Virus record (IMG/VR): IMGVR_UViG_3300029532_000007
Coordinates: 1-44,775 of that record
DNA from: a virus
Length of the DNA stretch: 44,775 nt
Strand: one strand, 5' to 3'
A model generated the notes under the pieces. That model saw only the letters and a program-made list of their open reading frames with translations, did not search any database and had not been told where the DNA came from. A program made the position numbers and the translations under genes. How positions within the stretch are numbered: position 1 is the stretch's first letter; every line of letters begins with the position of its first letter. Positions 23,314 through 29,230 of this stretch are shown here, piece by piece.

Positions 23314-23410
23314 CGACGCAGGGAGGATTCGAACCTCCGACCTCCACAGGCAGACACTCCGACGCGTCGGGATGTCTGCCAGTAGCGCACTACCGCTGTA
23401 CTACTGCGTC
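23314..23410 (-). ncRNA. tRNA-like RNA lacking an anticodon loop (97 nt)
   Basis: Canonical 7-bp acceptor (GACGCAG/CTGCGTC), D-arm (GTAC-AGCGGTA-GTGC), variable loop AGGTC and T-arm (GGAGG-TTCGAAT-CCTCC). The anticodon loop is replaced by the 32-nt self-complementary GGCAGACATCCCGACGCGTCGGAGTGTCTGCC. Confidence 0.7.
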
Positions 23411-23418
23411 AGCCTTTA

Positions 23419-23841
23419 CTATTTCTTCGCTTCCAAGATAGGCAGATTAGCTTCCGTGGGAATATAAACCACCTTGTTGGGAATGTTATTCTGTTGGCGC
23501 ACCCACAAATACTGAATGTAGGTCGAAGTGATCGATCCGTTCTCAATCCGAATGGCTTCTGCCGCACCTTTTGCTCGCTCTATTTCTGCCTGTGCATTGA
23601 GTTTCTCGGCTTCCAGGTTGGCTTTCGCTTCCTCGATTTTGATACGTCGGTTTTGTTCAGCTTTGGCAAATTCCGCCTTGCCGCTCATTTCCTGCTGCCA
23701 TACGTTGTACGAAGGACATCCCACCATACAGACGGCAATGATACAACAGACGACTGCGACGATTGCAATCCATCCGGTTGCATGGAAAGTGATGTCATAA
23801 TCCCCGAATTGGTTTTTGTGTTTTTCGGTAAATAATTTCAT
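23419..23841 (-). CDS. Membrane-anchored coiled-coil protein (SPFH/prohibitin-like C-terminal region?)
   Basis: 140 aa. It has the TM segment GWIAIVAVVCCIIAVCMVG, then AEFAKAEQNRRIKIEEAKANLEAEKLNAQAEIERAKG..YIQYLWV. Confidence 0.55.
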   Translation of the reverse strand: MKLFTEKHKNQFGDYDITFHATGWIAIVAVVCCIIAVCMVGCPSYNVWQQEMSGKAEFAKAEQNRRIKIEEAKANLEAEKLNAQAEIERAKGAAEAIRIENGSITSTYIQYLWVRQQNNIPNKVVYIPTEANLPILEAKK

Positions 23842-23859
23842 AATTTTAATAATATTAGA

Positions 23860-24024
23860 TTAAAACTGATTTATTGCCAATTTCCGCGACCTTTCGGCGT
23901 TTTTGAGATAGCGCGCCTTGTATTTCTCATTGGCTTTCTCCGGAGGAACCAAGATTACCGTGTTTCTATCGAGCCGTAAGGGCACGAGACCCTTTTCTTT
24001 GAGCTCATTGATATAACTCTGCAT
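23860..24024 (-). CDS. Small hypothetical protein (54 aa)
   Basis: Hand-translated MQSYINELKEKGLVPLRLDRNTVILVPPEKANEKYKARYLKNAERSRKLAINQF*. Confidence 0.4.
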   Translation of the reverse strand: MQSYINELKEKGLVPLRLDRNTVILVPPEKANEKYKARYLKNAERSRKLAINQF

Positions 24025-24046
24025 ATAATAGATGATTGTTTATTTC

Positions 24047-24079
24047 AAAAAATGCGGGGGACTTACGACGATCCCCCGC
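24047..24079 (-). terminator. Rho-independent terminator (minus strand)
   Basis: An 8-bp stem gcggggga/tcccccgc with a 10-nt loop, followed on the minus strand by aTTTTTT. Confidence 0.75.
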
Positions 24080-24263
24080 GGTGGCGACACGGCTTCCGCG
24101 CCGCCGGTTTGCGTTCTTTATCTCCCGTTTCGTGGGCTTAACCCGCCTCGGCCTCGCTACTCTTATTCACGCGGCCTCGGATTGTCGAGGGATATACCCT
24201 CTATCGCTTCCGTTGATTGAATGACCCTTCGATCAAACTAACAACGTGGGGATCGCTCCCCTG

Positions 24264-24334
24264 TTGAGCTACCCGGAGTCGAACCGGAAGCGCCTCCTCC
24301 AAAGGGAGATGTGTTACCGTTACACCATAGCTCA
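24264..24334 (-). tRNA. tRNA-Gln: tRNA-Gln (anticodon UUG)
   Basis: Hand-folded: TGAGCTA|TG|GTGT|AACGGTA|ACAC|A|TCTCC|CTTTGGA|GGAGG|CGCT|TCCGG|TTCGACT|CCGGG|TAGCTCA|A. It has the U1-A72 pair typical of bacterial tRNA-Gln. Confidence 0.85.
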
Positions 24335-24480
24335 AAATGCCTGTCTTTCCAGGCTGTCAGATGCTTTCGTATAACCTGTCCGATAGAGTCAAGCGTCTGT
24401 TCCGCTTTGTCATTGCCGCGCAATCGGCAATAATCCCTTGCGCTATCGTCGCTCTACTTGCACCATCAACAAAGGGGTTG

Positions 24481-24565
24481 CGGAGGGTGAGAGATTCGAA
24501 CTCCCGAAGCGTTACCGCTCGCCGGATTAGTAAGCCGGAGCCTTCAACCACTCGGCCAACCCTCC
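24481..24565 (-). tRNA. Type-II tRNA (Ser-like body) with aberrant anticodon loop UUACUAA (nominal anticodon ACU)
   Basis: It aligns arm by arm with bacterial tRNA-Ser: GGAGGGT|TG|GCCGAGTGGTTGAAGGC|T|CCGGC|TTACTAA|TCCGG|CGAGCGGTAACGCTTC|GGGAG|TTCGAAT|CTCTC|ACCCTCC|G. The 31-39 pair is a C-U mismatch. Confidence 0.7.
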
Positions 24566-24624
24566 AAATATCGCCCGCGGGCCTCACGGATGGCAGACGA
24601 CGTGCAATGATGGATAAAGAAAGG

Positions 24625-24640
24625 AGGCGTTAATACGCCT
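24625..24640 (-). terminator. Possible terminator hairpin overlapping the stop codon of the 84-aa gene
   Basis: aggcgt-taat-acgcct, followed on the minus strand by the T-rich tcctttctttat. Confidence 0.35.
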
Positions 24641-24894
24641 TATTCTTTGATGAAACGCCCGTCGGCGCCTCGCTTGCGGGTATATTTCATCAGATCGAGT
24701 TCGACGGCAATACGCAGGTTGCGTTCCTCTGCGCACTTTTTCAGAAGATTATTGCGATCTTTCTCGCCTTCGGCAAAGCTCCGACGGATGTCCGCATTCA
24801 CGCGCTCGAGCCGTTCGATCTCCGCACGGTATCTTTTTCGCGGAGTGAAGTCAATACCCATAAATTTTCGGGTTTTGAATGCATCGGTTTTCAT
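24640..24894 (-). CDS. Hypothetical basic coiled-coil protein
   Basis: 84-aa ORF whose start overlaps the upstream stop. Confidence 0.55.
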   Translation of the reverse strand: MKTDAFKTRKFMGIDFTPRKRYRAEIERLERVNADIRRSFAEGEKDRNNLLKKCAEERNLRIAVELDLMKYTRKRGADGRFIKE

Positions 24895-25136
24895 ATTTGT
24901 GCAATTTCGGGGTTAACGACCATATGATACTCTTTGTAGCGGACAACCCGCCCTCTGTCTGCGTCGTGGCTGTAACACCAATCGCCAACGATGATGTAGC
25001 CTTTGCGCCGGAGCCTCGTGACAATCTTCCGCAGCTCCGTCGTGCCAAATTTGCTCATCGCTTTCCACACGGTCAGCGTGCCTCCTCTGATGAAGTAGGC
25101 CAATATGCGGGCCTGTGGCTTTTTTAAATTCTCCAT
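24891..25136 (-). CDS. Winged-helix DNA-binding protein
   Basis: 81 aa. QARILAYFIRGGTLTVWKAMSKFGTTELRKIVTRLRRKGYII is the typical wHTH pattern. Confidence 0.55.
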   Translation of the reverse strand: MENLKKPQARILAYFIRGGTLTVWKAMSKFGTTELRKIVTRLRRKGYIIVGDWCYSHDADRGRVVRYKEYHMVVNPEIAQI

Positions 25137-25580
25137 AGTTTTGAAATTTTAAGGTATTCGTGCCCTGACGCCATCGAAGACAAGGCTCGCCGAATAAATA
25201 GTGGTATACGCCAGCCGAAGCCGGTTATCTATTTGGTCGCCATCAGGGCATAAAAGCGGGATTGCGCAAATGACTACAAGCTTAAATCGCAAATGGACAG
25301 AAAGAACGTGTGCACAAAACCCGCATTGGAGCCCGGATAGGTACATTCAAACCACACCGGGCATAGTGTTGATACGGCTCACCGGATCGCTCCGGATCAT
25401 CGCTCGCTCGTTGGTATTTATCTGTTGCCAGCCCTTCTGCGCCAAGTCGCTCACTGGGTTTTACATCCACTCGGATGGTTCTCGTGTATCAATACGTCAA
25501 AGACCCGAAAATCGCTTTCTGCCTTGCAGCTGGGGTTATTGCCAGCGATTAAACCCCTAACCCTTGCGGGATGCTATCTT

Positions 25581-25616
25581 GGGAGTGCGGCAGGATTCGA
25601 ACCTGCCACGCACTCC
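25581..25616 (-). ncRNA. tRNA top-half minihelix (acceptor stem + T-arm only)
   Basis: Minus strand reads GGAGTGC-gt-GGCAGG-TTCGAAT-CCTGCC-GCACTCC-c: a 7-bp acceptor-like stem stacked on a 6-bp T-stem with a canonical T-loop. It starts 8 nt after the LuxR stop. Confidence 0.6.
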
Positions 25617-25624
25617 TTGTTGGT

Positions 25625-25987
25625 TTAGTTCTCTATCAGCTCCTCCACCCGGAAGCCTCGGCTTCGGCGGGGATTGCGCAACCTGCGACATTCGAAATCC
25701 GTACTGAACACCTCCACCGAGAACAGGCACAGCAGAACCGCGGCCCCGACGCGTCGGGTCATCTCGGACACGTTGAGCGTGATGCCGAAATTCTGCGTGA
25801 AATACCAGGTAACCAATGCCTGCAAGGTCCGCTTCGTCCCCGTCTTGTCGTAGATGCTCTGGAGATGGTTGGCTACGCATTGGTAGATCACGTTCATCCG
25901 TTCTGCGATCTCGCGGGCCGAATAGCCCAGCACGACGAGGTTCATTACCTCACGCTCGCGTTTGCTCAATAGGGCGTCAGTTTTCAT
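25625..25987 (-). CDS. LuxR/GerE-type HTH transcription regulator with hydrophobic C-terminal segment
   Basis: LSKREREVMNLVVLGYSAREIAERMNVIYQCVANHLQSIYDKTGTKRTLQALVTWYF. Confidence 0.8.
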   Translation of the reverse strand: MKTDALLSKREREVMNLVVLGYSAREIAERMNVIYQCVANHLQSIYDKTGTKRTLQALVTWYFTQNFGITLNVSEMTRRVGAAVLLCLFSVEVFSTDFECRRLRNPRRSRGFRVEELIEN

Positions 25988-25991
25988 AGTC

Positions 25992-26249
25992 TTAAGCCAA
26001 GCCCCAGGGATCGGATACGCCCCATTTGGTAAATATCTGTTCGATCTTTTCCCGTTCTGTGGGCGTATGGTTCACATAGCCGTATTTGCGATTGTGGAAC
26101 GCTTTGTCGCATAACCCGCCTTCTTTTAACGCCTGGCTGATCTCATCCATAGCAATGCTGGCGAGGTCCCGGCCTTTTCTCCGGGCGCGGATGACGTTGT
26201 AACCTTTTACAAAGGCGCAACGCTCGATGTCTTCTTGTGAATGATTCAT
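25992..26249 (-). CDS. Hypothetical protein, first gene of the leftward early operon
   Basis: 85-aa ORF directly downstream of the divergent promoter region. Confidence 0.6.
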   Translation of the reverse strand: MNHSQEDIERCAFVKGYNVIRARRKGRDLASIAMDEISQALKEGGLCDKAFHNRKYGYVNHTPTEREKIEQIFTKWGVSDPWGLA

Positions 26250-26304
26250 TGTTATTATCGTTTTTTTTGTATATTTTTACATTTTAATAATCGGCAGGTA
26301 ACTA

Positions 26305-26312
26305 TACCTTTG
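26305..26312 (+). promoter_or_regulatory. -7 box TAccTTTG of the rightward promoter for the XRE-HTH operon
   Basis: It matches the Bacteroidota TAnnTTTG consensus. The context aacta-tacctttgc-gtgta is repeated at 27491-27510. Confidence 0.5.
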
Positions 26313-26327
26313 CCGTGTATCACAATG

Positions 26328-26359
26328 CAAATATGTGCATATTATTTTAATTATGCAAA
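26328..26359 (-). promoter_or_regulatory. Leftward early promoter TTTG-N20-CAtaTTTG
   Basis: Plus strand shows caaatatg (26328-26335) and caaa (26356-26359) with a 20-nt spacer. It also lies within the imperfect palindrome ATGCAaATATgTGCAT (26325-26340). Confidence 0.55.
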
Positions 26360-26404
26360 TTTTATGCTCATATTTTTATAGGTTTTTTAATAGTCCCTTT
26401 GTAT

Positions 26405-26701
26405 ATGATTGATTTCAAACGTTTTCGAAAAGACAAAAGGTTAACACAGGCGGCACTCGCAAATATGTTGGGAATGGATCAAAGCCGCATTTCTCGAATG
26501 GAGAAGAACGGCGACGGATTTACGCCTGAGCATATGGACATATTATGCAGTCGATATGCCGACATTGACGATTACGTTATCGACGACTCCAACGTCGCCC
26601 CCGCTCCCACGGTTCCCGCATTGCTGGCTTTGGTTGCCTCCCAGCAGCGCACCATCGAGAACCTTTCCGAAACCATAAAAAGCCTAACATCAAAGAACTA
26701 A
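26405..26701 (+). CDS. XRE-family (Cro/CI-type) helix-turn-helix regulator
   Basis: MIDFKRFRKDKRLTQAALANMLGMDQSRISRMEKNG. Confidence 0.85.
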   Translation: MIDFKRFRKDKRLTQAALANMLGMDQSRISRMEKNGDGFTPEHMDILCSRYADIDDYVIDDSNVAPAPTVPALLALVASQQRTIENLSETIKSLTSKN

Positions 26702-26703
26702 TC

Positions 26704-27225
26704 ATGCAACCGTTAAGCCCGCGGGGCCAACTCGTTATCAGGTACGCCGATGCACTTATCAGGGACCGTAACGCCTACTTTGACGAGCTCGCCGTATGGA
26801 AATACCGCGTCCACTCCACTATGTTTGTTGCGTCGGCTACTATTCTGACTTTGGTTTGCTCATTAGGGCGGCCCATATCGGGCAATCCGGGTGGCATACA
26901 TGCTTGCTATCCGGATTGCACATATTGGATAAGCATTGCGACAGTATTGCTGAACGGAATATGTCTGCTTGCTCTTTCGGCCGCTCTGTATCAAAATATT
27001 CGCGCCACAAGTCAGGTAATGCACAGAATCGAAGAACGATTTGATGACTTAAAAGAAACACTTTTGATTCCTGCCGACGACGCTTTGATCGTTGACGGCG
27101 AATGCAAAATAATTTCACGCGTCGAAATATCGAGGTTCTTTTCGGTTTGTGAGATGGTTGCATATATTTCGTTTATATTAATGGTTATAGGATTGGTATT
27201 CCGTTATTGCTTCGTCCAGCCATGA
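26704..27225 (+). CDS. Three-TM membrane protein co-transcribed with the XRE regulator
   Basis: 173 aa. It has TM segments near residues 38-55, 74-96 and 144-166. The start is 3 nt after the XRE stop. Confidence 0.65.
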   Translation: MQPLSPRGQLVIRYADALIRDRNAYFDELAVWKYRVHSTMFVASATILTLVCSLGRPISGNPGGIHACYPDCTYWISIATVLLNGICLLALSAALYQNIRATSQVMHRIEERFDDLKETLLIPADDALIVDGECKIISRVEISRFFSVCEMVAYISFILMVIGLVFRYCFVQP

Positions 27226-27376
27226 AAGGATGGTCAAGGCGCTTATTCTGTATCTTTCTAATCTCTTTTAATACAGTCAAACGTCTACGCCGTATGCGCA
27301 GCGCGTCGAGCCGTAACCATATGGCCGTTATCAATAATGCAACATTCAGTATTTGCAACACCGTTAATGCAAGCAT
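27185..27376 (-). CDS. Small TM protein with Arg-rich tail, convergent and overlapping the 3-TM gene
   Basis: 63 aa (LALTVLQILNVALLITAIWL then RIRRRRL). A canonical minus-strand promoter lies 150 nt upstream. Confidence 0.45.
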   Translation of the reverse strand: MLALTVLQILNVALLITAIWLRLDALRIRRRRLTVLKEIRKIQNKRLDHPFMAGRSNNGIPIL

Positions 27377-27495
27377 AATGAAATGTATTCAAAGAACATT
27401 TGTAAACCCTATTGGCGCACTATTTTGCCCTTTCGGATTTGGTTGTTTCAATCTTTTTTATATATCTTTACATTGTTTTGCGGCGTAGAACTATT

Positions 27496-27503
27496 TACCT
27501 TTG
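27496..27503 (+). promoter_or_regulatory. -7 box TAccTTTG of the rightward promoter for the CI-like operon
   Basis: It has the same box and flanks as 26305-26312 and lies 90 nt upstream of ATG 27593. Confidence 0.5.
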
Positions 27504-27526
27504 CGGTGTAGTTCAATTCCACGATG

Positions 27527-27558
27527 CAAATATAAACTTTGTTTAGTGTATATCCAAA
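27527..27558 (-). promoter_or_regulatory. Canonical minus-strand promoter TTTG-N20-TAtaTTTG
   Basis: Plus strand shows caaatata (27527-27534) and caaa (27555-27558) with a 20-nt spacer. Confidence 0.6.
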
Positions 27559-27592
27559 CAAAAAGCAAACTATTTTTAGGCACATTTTATAA

Positions 27593-28030
27593 ATGACTGA
27601 GACTGAGAGAATAAAAAAAGCCATAAAATGGCTTATAGGTAGCGGCATTGCTAAAACTCAAGAAGGAATAGGTCTTCTAATGGGCTATTCCAATAAATCC
27701 GCATTCTCCCAAGTAGTCAACAACCCAGATAAAAGGCCGGAAGATTTTGTCGTGCGTTTATGCAACCTAAACAATGCACTAAACAAAAATTGGTTATTGA
27801 CCGGCGAAGGGTCAATGCTCAAAAATACCGACCAACCTGTCAGTCAAGGAGGAGAAGACGCAACACTTTCGGAAGCTGACTTAAATAATTCAAACACTAT
27901 GAAGAAGTATTTAGACCAAGTCCTTCGACAAAACGAGGAGCTAATTCGGCAAAATGGGGTACTACTTGATCTATTCCGAGAAGAGAGGGCTAAAAACAAG
28001 GGCGAAGTCGCCCTAAAAAAAGAGGGCTAA
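27593..28030 (+). CDS. Phage CI-repressor-like HTH protein with C-terminal coiled coil
   Basis: KTQEGIGLLMGYSNKSAFSQVV..NKNWLLTGEGSML (the WLLTGEG motif of the CI-repressor HTH family). Confidence 0.7.
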   Translation: MTETERIKKAIKWLIGSGIAKTQEGIGLLMGYSNKSAFSQVVNNPDKRPEDFVVRLCNLNNALNKNWLLTGEGSMLKNTDQPVSQGGEDATLSEADLNNSNTMKKYLDQVLRQNEELIRQNGVLLDLFREERAKNKGEVALKKEG

Positions 28031-28170
28031 AGGTGTTCTAATTAGACTAATGCCTACCGGAGGAGAGCTGGAACCGTATGCCAAAGCACACACATAATAG
28101 CACTAAACAAAAATGCCCCTCTCCGAGTATCCGGGGGGGGGTAAATTGTATAAACCAAAAATTAAACACC

Positions 28171-28887
28171 ATGAAGAAACTTTTACTTACATTCATCATC
28201 ATTTTAATATCTGGGATAACCTTTGCGCAAGACCGAGATTCTGTAAAATACAAATCGTACGACATCGAAAAAGCTGTATCTATTATCAAGTCAAGCCCGT
28301 ACGCTCCTGGTCTTATTACCACTTATAAAGGCCGTCGAGTATATTTTGATTATAAATCAGACCAATATATATTGGAAGAGCACTTCGCAAGAAGATACGG
28401 CCCGGGTATGGTAAAAGCGATGGATGAACTATATATAAAACAACGCGAAGAATATCAGAGAAAAATAGAGATGCAAAAGACTTTAGAATGTCAACGCCCA
28501 ACATTTAAGCCGGACCAAGGCATAGATGATGAGGGCAAAAAATATAAGCTCAAATTAAAGCCTCGGAACCTCGTAATAGGGACATCCGTCATTGGTGCAT
28601 CTGCTGCAGTATATATGCTGACCAGTTCTGCGGTCAGTACAAGGTCTAAAGGGCTGGCAGAAGAACTTGCAAATCACGATATTGATTCAGATGAATATGC
28701 AAAAGAAATAGAGTCTTTGGATAAGACGAAGCGTACCGTCGGGTTCATCTGCGCCGGAACATCTCTCGCAGGAGTAATCGTTGTGTTAACGGGAATATAT
28801 AGAGATTACGACAACGGAATAAATCTTGGTCATAATTTCACGGTTTCGGACTACGGCGCAGGAATCAGTCTGACAAAAAGGTTCTAA
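28171..28887 (+). CDS. Secreted/membrane protein (signal peptide + two C-terminal TM segments)
   Basis: The start is moved to MKKLLLTFIIILISGITFAQD. Later TM segments are LVIGTSVIGASAAVYMLTS and VGFICAGTSLAGVIVVLTGIY. The context is AT-rich. Confidence 0.65.
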   Translation: MKKLLLTFIIILISGITFAQDRDSVKYKSYDIEKAVSIIKSSPYAPGLITTYKGRRVYFDYKSDQYILEEHFARRYGPGMVKAMDELYIKQREEYQRKIEMQKTLECQRPTFKPDQGIDDEGKKYKLKLKPRNLVIGTSVIGASAAVYMLTSSAVSTRSKGLAEELANHDIDSDEYAKEIESLDKTKRTVGFICAGTSLAGVIVVLTGIYRDYDNGINLGHNFTVSDYGAGISLTKRF

Positions 28888-28901
28888 CCCACCCTCCCAA
28901 C

Positions 28902-28929
28902 TCCCGGGCCACGAGCTCGGGGATTTTTT
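28902..28929 (+). terminator. Rho-independent terminator ending the lysogeny-side island
   Basis: An 8-bp stem (tcccgggc / gctcgggg, 2 GU pairs) is followed by aTTTTTT. Confidence 0.55.
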
Positions 28930-29053
28930 ATACATATTGAACAATAAACCGCCCTGAAGCAGGCTTTCTTCTTAAGAAAAACACAAACTTTTTGAACAAT
29001 TCGTCCCATCAATCCCCTGGCCACAAAAAAATATGAAAATTTTTCGTCGAACT

Positions 29054-29085
29054 CTTGCATAATGTGCCGAGAGTTGGCTCCTTTG
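29054..29085 (+). promoter_or_regulatory. Candidate late/packaging promoter CTTG-N20-CTccTTTG
   Basis: It has the same spacing and ccTTTGc core as the boxes at 5302-5333 and 42214-42245. Confidence 0.45.
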
Positions 29086-29093
29086 CATCGTAA

Positions 29094-29228
29094 GGCTATG
29101 AAGATATAGCCCACAGACAAGACGAGCGGTAGCATCCGCGAATCTTAACGACGAAAGGACACGTTGTTGGTAGTAGGTTTCCTGGGAACGAGGGTCTGTG
29201 GCTATTCATCCGGCCGCAGACCCTTTTT
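29094..29228 (+). promoter_or_regulatory. Attenuator-like leader with four mutually exclusive pairing segments and a 3-codon mini-ORF
   Basis: Seg1 is ggctat (29094-99), seg2 atagcccacagac (29106-18), seg3 gggtctgtggctat (29192-205) and seg4 gccgcagaccc (29213-23) plus TTTTT. ATG-AAG-ATA-TAG lies at 29098-29109. Confidence 0.55.
29192..29228 (+). terminator. Strong intrinsic terminator 3 nt upstream of the terS start codon
   Basis: gggtctgtggc / gccgcagaccc (11 bp, 1 GU), 10-nt loop, then TTTTT. Confidence 0.75.
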
Positions 29229-29230
29229 CT

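Noticed and set aside
24032-24224. Two overlapping 62-aa plus-strand ORFs across the tRNA-Gln trailer.
   Set aside because: They lie on the opposite strand to all surrounding genes. They overlap a minus-strand terminator and hairpin-rich sequence and have Arg/Pro-rich translations.
24481-24565. Idea that the UUA/CUA-containing anticodon loop marks a suppressor tRNA for genome-wide stop-codon recoding.
   Set aside because: All large structural and replication genes are uninterrupted in the standard code. The canonical 34-36 position reads ACU, not CUA or UUA.
25201-25560. 119-aa plus-strand ORF and two ~60-aa minus-strand ORFs in the 440-nt gap.
   Set aside because: They have no coupling to neighbours and implausible composition, and the plus-strand ORF has the wrong orientation for the block. 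The region is treated as non-coding, but this remains testable.
25581-25987. Idea that the isolated T-arm/acceptor at 25581-25616 is the 3' end of a tmRNA.
   Set aside because: The only complementary 5' acceptor strand is immediately adjacent, forming a minihelix. The ~350 nt upstream on that strand is the LuxR-type CDS, and no tag ORF or pseudoknot region is evident.
28884-29135. 83-aa minus-strand ORF between the AT-rich island and the packaging leader.
   Set aside because: It is antisense to a terminator and to the candidate late promoter. It has no upstream promoter box and a low-complexity translation.
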